Below, piece by piece: positions 30,847-42,161 of a DNA stretch of 64,000 bases (position 1 is its first letter; each line of letters starts with the position of its first letter). Under the pieces are notes generated by a model. That model was not told the DNA's origin. It worked only from the letters and a program-made list of their open reading frames with translations, and did not search any database. Made by a program: the position numbers and the translations under genes. This DNA is from Clostridia bacterium (lineage in GTDB: Bacteria > Bacillota > Clostridia > UMGS1883), in the NCBI GenBank assembly GCA_051866635.1, contig JBJDXJ010000038.1, forward strand, positions 32,001 through 96,000. The letters are read 5' to 3'.

Positions 30847-31449
30847 ATGATGAACATTATTGCATACCCCATAGGGGACAGCTTATACTTAAACTTAACA
30901 AACCGTTGTACAAATGCGTGTACTTTTTGTGTGCGTACAACAACAGATGAAGGCATGGGCTACGACTTGTGGATTGACAAAGAGCCTACAGTTGATGAAA
31001 TGGTAGAGGACATAAAGGCAAAGGGTGTTGAAAAATATAAGGAACTTGTCCTTTGCGGTTACGGCGAACCTACGGAAAGGTTTTTTGACATGATTGAGGT
31101 TGTACGGCAAATTAAAGAATACTGCCATATAAAAGTCCGCCTTAACACAAACGGTCACGCCAACATGATTGCAGGGGAAGATGTAACAGGACATATGGAA
31201 GGACTTATTGATGTTGTGTCAATCTCCCTTAATGCTCCCAATGCAAAAAAATATAACGAAATTTGTAACTGCCAATACGGTGAAGAAGGCTTTTACGGTA
31301 TGTTGGAATTTGCAAAATGTGCAAAGAAATATGTGCCGGAAGTGGTATTTTCTGTTGTTGATGTTATGGACAAGGAAGATATTGATGCCTGCAGACAGAT
31401 TGCCGAGGAAATCGGCGTTAAATTCCGTGTAAGAGAGCTCATAAAATAA
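30847..31449 (+). CDS. TatD-associated radical SAM protein
   Basis: YLNLTNRCTNACTFC (CxxxCxxC), CGYGEP, RLNTNG; directly after tatD. Confidence 0.88.
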   Translation: MMNIIAYPIGDSLYLNLTNRCTNACTFCVRTTTDEGMGYDLWIDKEPTVDEMVEDIKAKGVEKYKELVLCGYGEPTERFFDMIEVVRQIKEYCHIKVRLNTNGHANMIAGEDVTGHMEGLIDVVSISLNAPNAKKYNEICNCQYGEEGFYGMLEFAKCAKKYVPEVVFSVVDVMDKEDIDACRQIAEEIGVKFRVRELIK

Positions 31450-31463
31450 ACAGGGGTGAGGTT

Positions 31464-32249
31464 ATGAAGATAGGTATTATCGGTGCCGGCAGGGTGGGGG
31501 TCAGCTTTGGACGTCTCCTTTACGAAAAAAACCTTTTGTCGGGCTTTTATTCCGATGTATATCCCACATTTGACTATCCTGTTTTTGAAACTGCAGAAAT
31601 GCTTTGTAATGCTTCTGATATAATATTTATAACAGTGCCTGACAAAGCCATAAATACTGTATGGAATGAAATTAAAGGCTACTGTGAAAATAAAACAGTG
31701 TGCCATATGTCAGGAGCCATGAGTGCTTATGACGCTTTCGGCGACAAAAAGGAAGCGGCAAGTCTGCATCCTATGATGGCAGTATCCTCCATAAACAGTA
31801 CGGAAGAATTAAAAACTGCCATCTTCACTGTTGAGGGTGGCAAGGCAGATGCTATTATAGATATGTTTCCTTTCCTTGACATAAGAAAGATTAACTCTGA
31901 CAAAAAGAAGCTTTATCATGCTTCATGTGTTTTTGCAAGCAATCTCTTGCAGGCAGTTTTGCAGATTAGTATTGACAATTTGACAAAATGCGGTTTTAAT
32001 AAAGACGAGGGCTTAAAGGCTATTGAAAAGCTGACAACAACAAATGTTTTAAACATATTTGATAAAGGTATAAAAGAAAGCCTAACAGGCCCCGTTGACA
32101 GATTTGATACAGAAACAGTAAAAAAGCACCTTTCTGTTCTTACAGGTGAGGACAGGGAAATTTACAAATTATTGACAAAAAAACTTACTTATATAGCAGA
32201 AGAAAAATATAATAAAGATTACTCTTTTTTCAGGAAGGAGTTAGAATGA
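31464..32249 (+). CDS. Rossmann-like/DUF2520 oxidoreductase, probable ketopantoate reductase
   Basis: [28 protein letters not shown]; leads panBCD. Confidence 0.8.
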   Translation: MKIGIIGAGRVGVSFGRLLYEKNLLSGFYSDVYPTFDYPVFETAEMLCNASDIIFITVPDKAINTVWNEIKGYCENKTVCHMSGAMSAYDAFGDKKEAASLHPMMAVSSINSTEELKTAIFTVEGGKADAIIDMFPFLDIRKINSDKKKLYHASCVFASNLLQAVLQISIDNLTKCGFNKDEGLKAIEKLTTTNVLNIFDKGIKESLTGPVDRFDTETVKKHLSVLTGEDREIYKLLTKKLTYIAEEKYNKDYSFFRKELE

Positions 32250-33097
32250 TGAAAAATACAACACTTACATTTGCCGCCATGAAGGAAAAAGGCGAGAAAA
32301 TTTCAATGCTCACAGCATACGACTATTCAACTGCAAAATTAGTTGATAAGGCAGGAATAAACTCAATTCTTGTGGGCGATTCCTTAGGGATGGTAATGCT
32401 TGGCTATAAAGATGCAACCTCTGTTACAATGGAGGACATGATTCACCATTGTAAGGCTGTAAGCCGAGGAAATGAAAATGCCCTTTTAATATGTGATATG
32501 CCCTTTATGAGTTACCAGACAAGCGTTTATGATGCAGTAGTGAACGCAGGCAGACTTATAAAGGAAGGTGGTGCCGAGTGCGTAAAGCTGGAAGGCGGTG
32601 TGACTGTTCAAGAACATATTAAAGCAATTGTAGATTGCGGTATACCCGTGTGCGGTCATATCGGGCTTACACCTCAGTCAATAAATGCTTTCGGCGGCTT
32701 TAAGGTCCAGGGCAAAACATCAGAGCAAGCAATGAAAATTATCCATGATGCAAAGGCAGTTGAAAAGGCAGGTGCCTTTGCGGTAGTATTAGAAGGCATA
32801 CCCGAAAAACTTGCGGCTATCATCACAAAGGAATTGACTATCCCCACAATCGGCATAGGTGCAAGTAACGTTTGTGACGGACAGGTTCTTGTTTATCAGG
32901 ACATGGTAGGCATGTTTACGGATTTTACCCCCAAGTTTGTAAAACGCTACGAAAACATAGGCGAAAAAATGACTGCCGCATTTAAAAAGTACGATGAAGA
33001 AGTTAAAAACGGCACATTCCCAACAGTGGAATATACTTATAAAATAGATGAAAATGTTTTGAAAGAAATCGAGGCGTGTTTAAATGAAAGTATTTAA
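32246..33097 (+). CDS. panB: ketopantoate hydroxymethyltransferase
   Basis: [29 protein letters not shown]. Confidence 0.97.
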   Translation: MMKNTTLTFAAMKEKGEKISMLTAYDYSTAKLVDKAGINSILVGDSLGMVMLGYKDATSVTMEDMIHHCKAVSRGNENALLICDMPFMSYQTSVYDAVVNAGRLIKEGGAECVKLEGGVTVQEHIKAIVDCGIPVCGHIGLTPQSINAFGGFKVQGKTSEQAMKIIHDAKAVEKAGAFAVVLEGIPEKLAAIITKELTIPTIGIGASNVCDGQVLVYQDMVGMFTDFTPKFVKRYENIGEKMTAAFKKYDEEVKNGTFPTVEYTYKIDENVLKEIEACLNESI

Positions 33098-33920
33098 AAC
33101 AGTAAAAGAGGTCCGTGAATATGTAAATGCGGCAAAAAAGGCAGGTAAAACTGTGGGCTTGGTGCCTACAATGGGCTATCTCCACGAGGGTCACGCATCC
33201 CTTGTTAAAAAAAGCGTGGAAGAATGTGATGTTACCGTTGTAAGCATATTTGTAAACCCCACACAGTTTGCCCCCAATGAGGATTTTGAAGCATACCCCC
33301 GAGATTTGGAAAGGGACGTTATGCTTCTTACCGAATGTGGTGCAGATGCGGTTTTCAATCCCGAAGCAGAAGAGATGTACTATCCCGATGCCACAACTAA
33401 GGTTGTGCCTGATGTTTTAAGTAAAAACCTTTGCGGTAAAACACGTCCCATCCACTTTGGCGGTGTATGTACTGTTGTGAGCAAACTTTTCAATATTGTA
33501 ACACCCGACAGGGCATATTTTGGTCAGAAGGATGCACAACAGCTTGCAATTATAAAGCGTATGGTAAGGGATTTGAACTTCGGTATAGAAATTGTAGGCT
33601 GTCCCATTGTAAGAGAGGCAGACGGCTTGGCAAAGAGCAGTCGCAACACATATCTTAATGCTGACGAAAGAAAAGCGGCATTGTGCCTTTCACAGGCTGT
33701 TAAAATAGGACAGGATATGGTAAATAAGGGCGAGAAGAACACAAAAGCTATTTTAGACAAAATGATAGCTCATATTGAAAAAGAACCTTTGGCTAAAATT
33801 GACTATGTCCAGGCGGTTGACATGAGTATGCAGGATGTGGAAGAAATTACAGGCGAAACACTTTTTGCAATGGCAGTATATATCGGCAAAACAAGACTTA
33901 TAGATAACTTTATGGTTTGA
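33084..33920 (+). CDS. panC: pantoate-beta-alanine ligase
   Basis: [29 protein letters not shown]. Confidence 0.97.
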   Translation: MKVFKTVKEVREYVNAAKKAGKTVGLVPTMGYLHEGHASLVKKSVEECDVTVVSIFVNPTQFAPNEDFEAYPRDLERDVMLLTECGADAVFNPEAEEMYYPDATTKVVPDVLSKNLCGKTRPIHFGGVCTVVSKLFNIVTPDRAYFGQKDAQQLAIIKRMVRDLNFGIEIVGCPIVREADGLAKSSRNTYLNADERKAALCLSQAVKIGQDMVNKGEKNTKAILDKMIAHIEKEPLAKIDYVQAVDMSMQDVEEITGETLFAMAVYIGKTRLIDNFMV

Positions 33921-33936
33921 TTGACAGGTGATAAAT

Positions 33937-34326
33937 ATGACAATTACAATGTTAAAAGGTAAAATTCACCGTGCCAAGGTGACACAGGCTGAGATTAATT
34001 ATGTAGGCAGTATTACTGTTGACAGCGAACTGTTGGAAGCGGCAGGCATTTTGGAATATGAGAAAGTACAGGTTGTTGACATTACAAACGGCAACCGCCT
34101 TGAAACATATACTATTGCAGGGGAAGCAGGAAGCGGTGTAATTTGCCTTAACGGTGCGGCGGCAAAACTTGTTGATGTTGGTGACAGAATAATCATTATG
34201 GCATATGCACAGATGGATATGGAGGAAGCTGACGGGTTCAAGCCAAGAGTTGTATTTGTTAACAGAGAAAATAAAATAGTTAAAAAAGCCCGGTACGAAA
34301 AAGCGGGGGAATTATTCGACGAATAA
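33937..34326 (+). CDS. panD: aspartate 1-decarboxylase
   Basis: [30 protein letters not shown]. Confidence 0.97.
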   Translation: MTITMLKGKIHRAKVTQAEINYVGSITVDSELLEAAGILEYEKVQVVDITNGNRLETYTIAGEAGSGVICLNGAAAKLVDVGDRIIIMAYAQMDMEEADGFKPRVVFVNRENKIVKKARYEKAGELFDE

Positions 34327-34336
34327 AAATTAAGGC

Positions 34337-34363
34337 AAGGCGGAAGTTTCTCACTTCCGCTTT
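34337..34363 (+). terminator. putative weak terminator after panD
   Basis: AAGGCGGAAGT-TTCTC-ACTTCCGCTTT. Confidence 0.5.
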
Positions 34364-34382
34364 AATAAAAGGAGAGAAAATT

Positions 34383-35357
34383 ATGAATTACAGAAATTTA
34401 GGTAAATGGGGACTTAAAATAAGCGAAGTGTCACTTGGAAGCTGGCTTACTGATTTAGGTAGCGAAGAACAAAGAGACAATGCGGAAAAAATTGTCCGCA
34501 AAGCATTTGAAGAAGGAGTTAATTTCTTTGACTGTGCAGATGCCTACAGCGGAGGCAATGCGGAAATATTTTTGGGTAATGTTTTAAAGGATTACCAGCG
34601 TTGTGACTATGTGGTGTCAAGCAAGGTGTTCTTCCCCATGGGAAAGGGGGTAAATAACCGCGGTCTTTCCCGCAAACACATTGTGGAAGCACTTGACAGA
34701 TCACTTAAAAATATGAACCTTGAATACCTTGATTTGTATTTTTGCCACCGTTACGACAGAGAAACACCTGTAGAAGAAACAATCCAAACCTTAAGCGATA
34801 TGGTTGATAAAGGAAAAATTCTCTATTACGGTGTAAGTGAATGGAGTCCTGTGCAGATTATGGAAGCACTTAACGTAATAGAAAAGAAGAGCTTAAGACC
34901 GATGAGCGTTATTCAGCCCCAATATAATATGATGGACAGGTATATTGAGGACGACATAATGGGTATATGCGAGAAAAACGGAATAGGTATAGTACCTTTT
35001 TCACCTCTTGCACAGGGGCTTCTTACGGGAAAATATCGTAAGGGTGCCCAAATCCCCCAAGGTTCAAGAGCAACATGGCAGTGGGATAAGCAGATAAACA
35101 ACCTTTTGACAGAAGAAAACCTTGACAAGGTGGAAAAACTTATTAAAATTGCAGAAGAGTTAGGTATTACAATGAGCCAGTTGGCACTCTCTTGGATACT
35201 GAGAAAACAGATAATTGCAGGTGTTATCACAGGTGCATCAAGCGTAAGTCAGCTTGAAAGTAATATCGGTGCATCGGGAATTGTTTTATCTTCCGATGTA
35301 CTCAGCGAGATTGATAAAATTTTGGACTATAAACCATTTTACAGAAAGATAGGTTAA
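34383..35357 (+). CDS. aldo/keto reductase (Kv-beta-like)
   Basis: FDCADAY, GLSRKHI, DLYFCHR, SPLAQGLLTGKY. Confidence 0.92.
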   Translation: MNYRNLGKWGLKISEVSLGSWLTDLGSEEQRDNAEKIVRKAFEEGVNFFDCADAYSGGNAEIFLGNVLKDYQRCDYVVSSKVFFPMGKGVNNRGLSRKHIVEALDRSLKNMNLEYLDLYFCHRYDRETPVEETIQTLSDMVDKGKILYYGVSEWSPVQIMEALNVIEKKSLRPMSVIQPQYNMMDRYIEDDIMGICEKNGIGIVPFSPLAQGLLTGKYRKGAQIPQGSRATWQWDKQINNLLTEENLDKVEKLIKIAEELGITMSQLALSWILRKQIIAGVITGASSVSQLESNIGASGIVLSSDVLSEIDKILDYKPFYRKIG

Positions 35358-35361
35358 GTAT

Positions 35362-36351
35362 ATGTATTATGCAGATAACAACAGATATAAAGAAGCCGAA
35401 TATAAAAGATGCGGAAAAAGCGGACTCATGCTTCCAAAAGTAAGCTTAGGACTGTGGCATAATTTCGGAACAAATGCCAAAATGGACAACATGAAAAAGC
35501 TGTGCTTTACAGCCTTTGATAAAGGTATAACACATTTTGATTTGGCAAATAACTACGGACCCATTTACGGTGCGGCAGAGGAAAACTTCGGCAGAATATT
35601 GAACACAGAAATGAAACCCTACCGTGATGAAATGATAATTTCCACAAAGGCAGGCTACGATATGTGGGAGGGTCCTTACGGCAATTTCGGAAGTAAGAAA
35701 TATCTTGTTGCAAGCCTTGACCAAAGTTTAAAACGTATGGGGCTTGATTATGTTGATATCTTTTACCACCACCGCCCCGATTACGATACTCCCCTTTGGG
35801 AAACAATGCACGCTTTGGACAGTATTGTTAAAAGCGGCAAGGCACTTTATGTGGGACTTTCAAACTACAACGGTGAAAGAATGAAGGAAGCGGCAAAAAT
35901 CCTTGAAGATATGAACTGCCCATTTATTATTAACCAGAACAGATATTCAATAATGGACAGAACAATAGAAAATAACGGACTTTTAGATGCGGCAAAGGAA
36001 AAGGGCAAGGGTGTAATATGCTTCTGCCCATTAGAACAAGGGCTTTTAACCGACCGCTACATAGACGGCATCCCGATCGATTCAAGAGTTAAAACAGACG
36101 GCAGATTTTTAAACGAGTCGAGAATAACCCCCGAGGTTATAGAAAAGGTGAAACAGCTTAACTGCCTTGCAAAGGAACGTGGGCAGAGCCTTGCACAAAT
36201 GGCACTTGGATGGATATTAAAGGATGAGACTGTTACAAGCGTTTTAATCGGGGCTTCCAAGAGCGAGCAGATTATTGAAAATATTGAAGCGGTGAGAAAC
36301 ACATCATTTACCGATGAAGAATTAAAAATGATTGATGAAATTGTTAAGTGA
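35362..36351 (+). CDS. aldo/keto reductase, L-glyceraldehyde-3-phosphate reductase (YghZ/Gpr)-like
   Basis: SLGLWHNFG, GITHFDLANNYGP, STKAGYDMW, YVDIFYHHRPD. Confidence 0.9.
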   Translation: MYYADNNRYKEAEYKRCGKSGLMLPKVSLGLWHNFGTNAKMDNMKKLCFTAFDKGITHFDLANNYGPIYGAAEENFGRILNTEMKPYRDEMIISTKAGYDMWEGPYGNFGSKKYLVASLDQSLKRMGLDYVDIFYHHRPDYDTPLWETMHALDSIVKSGKALYVGLSNYNGERMKEAAKILEDMNCPFIINQNRYSIMDRTIENNGLLDAAKEKGKGVICFCPLEQGLLTDRYIDGIPIDSRVKTDGRFLNESRITPEVIEKVKQLNCLAKERGQSLAQMALGWILKDETVTSVLIGASKSEQIIENIEAVRNTSFTDEELKMIDEIVK

Positions 36352-36443
36352 GAACACAAAAAATTAACAGTTAAATTGTTGAAAAGCAATGTTGTTTATG
36401 ATAATATAGAACTGTATTAAAGGGACAAAAAGGGGAGATTATT

Positions 36444-39400
36444 GTGAAAATGAAAAAAGTAATTAGCATCCTTCTTGCGATGATCATGGTAATAGGCATT
36501 GTGCCGATTATAAACGCCGAAGAAGAAACTATTGACCTTACAGAGGGCCTTATAGCTTACTATGACTTTGCGGAAGAGGGTACAAATTTGTCAACCATTA
36601 CCGATGCATCAGGTAACGGCAACGATGCAACGGTTCTTAACACCGTTGTAGCGGGTGACGGAGGATGGAATCCGGGGGCAAACAATGTGCTTACGGTCGA
36701 AAAAGGCGTAGCCACTTTCCCGGGTATGACAAACCCCACGCCCTGGAGTACATATAACGGTGCGGCATTAAAGCTGCCTAATGATTTTAACCAAAACGTA
36801 TCTTCCTTTACGTTTTCTGCATGGATTAATGCAGACGGAAGTTATACTTACGCAAATAAGCTGACAAGGTTTTTTGATTTTGGCAACTTAGGTGCGGAGT
36901 CAAATTATGCCTATAACAGCATTTTTGCCAGATACACATCTTCTTCCGGCCTTTTGCGTATTCAGGACAGAGAGATAAATAAGTATAAGGAAACAACACT
37001 TTCAACCATGCCCTTTACAGACGCATGGGGACTTTTCACTTTCATTTATGAAAAAAACGAGGACACAGGCTATTACGAAACAAAGGTTTACGTAAATGGT
37101 GAAGAAGTAAAGGAACTTTCAACAACAAATACTTTTACAAGAGGTCTTTCAGACCTTGGCGAGCTTGACGACAATTCTAACGGACTTTTTATCGGCAGAA
37201 CCGTGTGGGCTGCAACAAACCAGAACACCACGGAAAACCCTGACTTTAAAGGCAAGATGGACGAAATCCGTATTTATAACCGTGCTCTTACAGAAAATGA
37301 AGTTAAAGAGCTTTATAATACAACAAGCCCCGTTGGCATTATTGTAATGGAAAGCTTTGAGGCGGAAGATGTTACAACTCTTGCAGGGGATTACCCCCTT
37401 TTGCCCGAAACAGTAATTGTTATTTATAACACAGGTGCCGTTAAAACAGAACAGGTTACATGGGAACTTATTTCTTCCGATAAATACGCTCATACAGGTG
37501 TTATCCAAGTGAACGGAATAACAGAAATGGGCAATCCGGTTAGCGTAAATGTTACGGTAATAAAAAAGGATATATCAACCTTAAATCAAGGCTTGGTTGC
37601 GTATTACAGCTTTGATAATGACAGTGAACTGCCCAATACAATATCGGATATGTCAGGCAACAATAACAATGCAACTGTTCATAACCTTTACAAGGAGGTT
37701 TCCTCACGTTGGGGAACGTATGTTGTACAGGCAAATATGACTGTTTCAGACGGCGTCCTTTACTTCCCCGGTGCTATGATAGGAAGCGATGCAGGTATTC
37801 CGGGAAACAGCCAGAGAAACACCTTCTACCCCGGTCCGGCAATTAAAATGCCTGACGGAATAAATGAAAATATTGAGGAATTTACATACACAGCGTGGAT
37901 TTATGCAGATACGGATTACCGTTATTCCTCAAGTATTCAAAGATTTTTTGACTTTGGTACAGAAGAGAAAAATTCTTTCTTTTACCGTTACGTTCCCACA
38001 ACAGGTGAGTCACGTTTCCAGGACAGAGGCGTAGGAGCATCAAGTGACGATGCAAATTCATTAGTATCTGCCACACTTACGGATAATCCATTTGCCGATA
38101 AATGGGCACACCTTGCCATAACATATCAGAAAAGTGATTTTGGCGAATATTATACACCACATATTTACATAAACGGCGTTGAACGCTATGAGTACGATAA
38201 TACTCTCACAACGCTTACACGCTCTTTAGCTGATTTAGGTACATCTGAAAGTTCAAATTACGGCTTCTGGATTGGTAAAACACAGTGGGCAGCCAACTCC
38301 TCAGAAAATGCAAACAATCCTGAATTTAAGGGCAAAATGGACGAAATCCGCCTTTATGACAGAGTTCTTTCGGCAGATGAAATTGCAGAGCTTTACAACA
38401 GTAAAAAGCCATCGGATGTACCTGTTGACTATGACTCAATGTCTAAAACTGTAATTAATATTGATGAAGATGTTGAATTAAGCGGAAAATATCCATCTAC
38501 AAATATGAACGGTGAAACGGTCATGATGGTTTCCTCCAACAACGGTGCGGCATATACACGCTACGGTTTAATGCGTAAAAGCGAACTTTCAGCAGGGGAA
38601 ATTACAGCTATGGCAAACTGTGAAAAAGCAGTTTTAAGCGTTTATGTAACTAAGGTTGACAACTCAGGGGAAGACGAATATTACTGCTACGGCTTAACAG
38701 GGAATAGTAACTCATGGAACGTTGACGAAATAACTTACGACAACTATTCCGAATACTTAGGCGGAAATATCTCCAACGTGGGCGTTTTTGACAATGGAGA
38801 ACTTCTTGACACCCAAAAGGCGACAGGTGGCGAAAATAACTTCTATATGCAGTGGGATGTTACTGACTTTGTAAAGGAAAATGCATCTACAGGCTTTTCT
38901 TTCCTTCTCACTTGCGGAAGTGACGTTATGTATCTTTATACATCGGAATCTAATCAGACAGATATGATGCCCCGGTTAATTATCTATCAACAGGGTACAC
39001 CTATTACAATCAGCCGTGTTGATACGGAGGGCAATCGGATTTCTTCATCCGTTGTATACGGCGTTTTGGGCGAGAGCTATACATACTCTGCCCAGGATGC
39101 TCTTGTAAGCTACAACAATTCAATTTACGTTGTAAATAAAGAATTGTCCAATCTTACAATCGATTCTGTCACAGGTGAGGATGTTATAGAGGTTGTATAC
39201 GAAAAAGCTGAAAATGTCAGCATAGAAGAAGTAAACTTAAGAACTTATGTGGGCAAAGCGCCCACACTTCCAAGGGTACTCACTGTTACAAGCGGAGAAT
39301 ACAGTGCAATTTTCCCTGTGCAGTGGAACAGCATTGATCAATCGAGCTACAGTGAAAAAGGCCAATTTTTCCCCGAAGGTAAAATCCAGGGCACTGACAT

Positions 39401-41234
39401 TGACGTAAAAGCTACTGTTACCGTATTCCCCGAATATAACGGTCAGGTAGGCGGTGACTTGACCATAACAATTTTCGCAGATGATACATACAAGGAAACA
39501 ATAACAATAGAGGGTAGCTACGGCTCAACATTTACACTTTCCGAAAAATACGAAACATACCTTGGCAACATGTATGTTCTTACAGGAATTTTAGGCAGTG
39601 CAAATGCAATTGGCGACAGCGTTGTGATGAATGAATTAAATCAGAACATTGAGCTTTCATATACAATGAAAGAAGCTGTTGAAGCAGACCTTAATGTTAA
39701 AATTAAAGCTGATGACCTTGAAGGAACAAGCTACACAATGACTGTAAGTGCCGATGTTCTCAACACAAAACTTAATGACGAAACAGTTAAGGTGGTAATT
39801 GCAGACTATAACGACAACGGTGAACTTTTAAATGCAGTAACAGAAAGTGCAGTGGTTCCAAGCCGTACAGGCGAAACTGTCACCATTGAAAAGAGCCTTG
39901 TATACAACGAAGAAAAGCATAAAAACAGTGTTGTTTTCCTTTGGAATGGAAATGCAGAGCCTTTGACGGACACTGTTAAAATATGCGATGTTAAGATTTC
40001 AAGCTATCTTCCCGATGAAGTAATTAAAATGACCCCCACATATGATGGTGCAGTGGCAACACTCAGAAAGGCAAATGACTACTGGCAGAGTAATTACGCT
40101 TACAACACATGGACAAACGGTATACATCCCGCTTTCTGGGCAAGAGCCGCATATCATACAGGCAACATGGAAGTGTACAAACTTACAGGTGATGAAAATT
40201 ACCTTCAGCACTCCATCGACTGGGCTAATTACAACAAGTGGATGGGTAACGATAACACTTCTGCCGATCCATCCGAATGGACATGGGGCTATGACCAGAA
40301 CCAGGGCAGTAACGCAGTCCTCTTCGGTGACTGGCAGATATGCTTCCAGAGCTACCTTGATATGGCTGAATTTGGCGTAGAAGATGCAAATTTAGACAGA
40401 GTGTTCCAGGTTATGGACTATCAGGTTTCAAAAGAGGAAGATGCTTTCTGGTGGTGGGCAGACTCCCTTTACATGGTAATGCCCGTCATGACAAAACTTT
40501 ATAAACATACAGGTGACGAAAAGTATCTTGATGCACTTTACAAGTGGTTCAGATATGCAAAGGAACTTATGTATGACGGCCCCGGAGGTATTCCTGCAAC
40601 TAAAGACGGTTATACAACAAGTGCATCCTTAAGAAGCGGTGCCTACTATTCGGATCCCGATAACTATGCATACCTCTTCTACCGTGATGCGAATTATGTA
40701 TATCCCTTGAACCCCAACTCAGGTCATGAAAATGAAAAGAACTTCTGGGCACGTGGCGATGGATGGGTATTTGCAGGCTTAAGTAAGGTACTCTCCGATA
40801 TGCCCGAAACTTATGAGCATTACGATGAATTCTATAACACATATATGGAAATGGCACCTGCAATTATCGCTTGTCAACAAACGGATGAATCAGGTTACGG
40901 TTTCTGGACACAGAGCATGCTTCAGAACTATCCGGTAGGCAATAACGGCAACGACGAGGGTTATGAAACAAGCGGTACAGCCTTCTTCACATATGGCTTG
41001 TTCTGGGGTATTAACAACGGCCTTCTTGACGAAGAAACATACCTTGAACCCACGCTCCGTGCATGGGGATACCTTGAAAACGTTGCACTTCACGATAGCG
41101 GTAAAGTTGGCTACGTTCAGCCCATCGGTTCCAATGCAACTCAGGCAACAGCCTATGACACAACACAAGACTTTGGTGTAGGTGCATACTTGTTGGCGTG
41201 CTGTGAAGCTGCACGTTACGCACAAAATCAGTAA
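36444..41234 (+). CDS. large secreted multidomain glycoside hydrolase: 2x LamG-like, Ig-like (Big_4-type), DNRLRE-like domain, C-terminal GH88/GH105-like domain
   Basis: Signal peptide; two GLxAYYxF...FKGKMDEIRxYxRxL repeats; PxLPxxxxV..VxW Ig motifs; WWWADSLYM, FWARGDGW, ETSGTAFFTYG, FGVGAYLLA. Confidence 0.82.
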   Translation: MKMKKVISILLAMIMVIGIVPIINAEEETIDLTEGLIAYYDFAEEGTNLSTITDASGNGNDATVLNTVVAGDGGWNPGANNVLTVEKGVATFPGMTNPTPWSTYNGAALKLPNDFNQNVSSFTFSAWINADGSYTYANKLTRFFDFGNLGAESNYAYNSIFARYTSSSGLLRIQDREINKYKETTLSTMPFTDAWGLFTFIYEKNEDTGYYETKVYVNGEEVKELSTTNTFTRGLSDLGELDDNSNGLFIGRTVWAATNQNTTENPDFKGKMDEIRIYNRALTENEVKELYNTTSPVGIIVMESFEAEDVTTLAGDYPLLPETVIVIYNTGAVKTEQVTWELISSDKYAHTGVIQVNGITEMGNPVSVNVTVIKKDISTLNQGLVAYYSFDNDSELPNTISDMSGNNNNATVHNLYKEVSSRWGTYVVQANMTVSDGVLYFPGAMIGSDAGIPGNSQRNTFYPGPAIKMPDGINENIEEFTYTAWIYADTDYRYSSSIQRFFDFGTEEKNSFFYRYVPTTGESRFQDRGVGASSDDANSLVSATLTDNPFADKWAHLAITYQKSDFGEYYTPHIYINGVERYEYDNTLTTLTRSLADLGTSESSNYGFWIGKTQWAANSSENANNPEFKGKMDEIRLYDRVLSADEIAELYNSKKPSDVPVDYDSMSKTVINIDEDVELSGKYPSTNMNGETVMMVSSNNGAAYTRYGLMRKSELSAGEITAMANCEKAVLSVYVTKVDNSGEDEYYCYGLTGNSNSWNVDEITYDNYSEYLGGNISNVGVFDNGELLDTQKATGGENNFYMQWDVTDFVKENASTGFSFLLTCGSDVMYLYTSESNQTDMMPRLIIYQQGTPITISRVDTEGNRISSSVVYGVLGESYTYSAQDALVSYNNSIYVVNKELSNLTIDSVTGEDVIEVVYEKAENVSIEEVNLRTYVGKAPTLPRVLTVTSGEYSAIFPVQWNSIDQSSYSEKGQFFPEGKIQGTDIDVKATVTVFPEYNGQVGGDLTITIFADDTYKETITIEGSYGSTFTLSEKYETYLGNMYVLTGILGSANAIGDSVVMNELNQNIELSYTMKEAVEADLNVKIKADDLEGTSYTMTVSADVLNTKLNDETVKVVIADYNDNGELLNAVTESAVVPSRTGETVTIEKSLVYNEEKHKNSVVFLWNGNAEPLTDTVKICDVKISSYLPDEVIKMTPTYDGAVATLRKANDYWQSNYAYNTWTNGIHPAFWARAAYHTGNMEVYKLTGDENYLQHSIDWANYNKWMGNDNTSADPSEWTWGYDQNQGSNAVLFGDWQICFQSYLDMAEFGVEDANLDRVFQVMDYQVSKEEDAFWWWADSLYMVMPVMTKLYKHTGDEKYLDALYKWFRYAKELMYDGPGGIPATKDGYTTSASLRSGAYYSDPDNYAYLFYRDANYVYPLNPNSGHENEKNFWARGDGWVFAGLSKVLSDMPETYEHYDEFYNTYMEMAPAIIACQQTDESGYGFWTQSMLQNYPVGNNGNDEGYETSGTAFFTYGLFWGINNGLLDEETYLEPTLRAWGYLENVALHDSGKVGYVQPIGSNATQATAYDTTQDFGVGAYLLACCEAARYAQNQ

Positions 41235-41243
41235 AATATAATC

Positions 41244-41407
41244 AAAGGGGCTGTAAAAAAAGTCTAATATAAGTTAAGACCATTTGGGACAGTCCCCCTT
41301 ATGGCAAATTGGGAGACAATTTGCCAAAGAAACCTTGCGAGGTTTTGTTGGGACAGTCCCGAAATGGTCTTTTGTTATCTCAGTGCTGACTTTTTTACAG
41401 CCCCTTT
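41244..41407. mobile_element. MITE-like structured repeat, copy 2
   Basis: Terminal inverted repeats AAAGGGGCTGTAAAAAAAGTC / GACTTTTTTACAGCCCCTTT; near-identical to 10728-10897. Confidence 0.75.
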
Positions 41408-41445
41408 ATATGATAAAATTATATAAGTATGGGATGGTGATTAAT

Positions 41446-42147
41446 GTGAAAGCAATACTGTTTGATATGGACGGCACCCTTCTTCCCATGGATGAAGATG
41501 AGTTTACGAAAGGGTATTTTAAGCTTTTGGCACAAAAGCTGTGTCCCTTGGGAATTGACCCTGACACGCTTATTGATGCTGTGTGGTATGGCACAAAGTG
41601 TATGTACCAAAATGACGGCAGCAAGACAAACGAGCAGGTTTTCTGGGAAAGGTTTGCCGAAAAAACGCATCTTGACTATAAACCTTTTTACGATGCATCA
41701 AACGATTTTTACTCTAATGAATTTCACAAGGCTAAAATCTTTTCTGAGGAAAACCCTCTTGCCAAAGTTGCGGTGGAAATTGCACATCAAAAAGCAGATA
41801 AGGTTGTACTTGCCACAAACCCCTTGTTTCCAATGACAGGGCAGATTTCCAGAATGAGCTGGATGAATCTTACCCCATCTGATTTTGTTTTGGTTACAAG
41901 CTATGAAAACTGTTCTTTCACAAAGCCAAATCCAAAATACTTTGAAAAGGTTTGTGAATACATATGTGTTGAACCGAAAGATTGTTTGATGATAGGCAAC
42001 AGCGAAGATGAGGATATGCACGCTGCCGCAAAATTAGGTATGGACACATATCTTGTGGAAGGGTTTGTAAAACCCTCAAAGGTTACACCTTACGAAGGAA
42101 AACGAGGCAATTTTAAAGATATGATTGAATATTTAAAATCATTATAA
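41446..42147 (+). CDS. HAD-family hydrolase
   Basis: ILFDMDGTLL, LATNPLFP, KPNP, MIGN; GTG start chosen after a GGTGA RBS. Confidence 0.88.
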   Translation: MKAILFDMDGTLLPMDEDEFTKGYFKLLAQKLCPLGIDPDTLIDAVWYGTKCMYQNDGSKTNEQVFWERFAEKTHLDYKPFYDASNDFYSNEFHKAKIFSEENPLAKVAVEIAHQKADKVVLATNPLFPMTGQISRMSWMNLTPSDFVLVTSYENCSFTKPNPKYFEKVCEYICVEPKDCLMIGNSEDEDMHAAAKLGMDTYLVEGFVKPSKVTPYEGKRGNFKDMIEYLKSL

Positions 42148-42161
42148 AGGAGAGGTAGAAA

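Noticed and set aside
41284-41445. N-terminal extension of the HAD ORF in the ORF track
   Set aside because: It reads through the MITE-like repeat; the HAD motif I and RBS support a start near 41446
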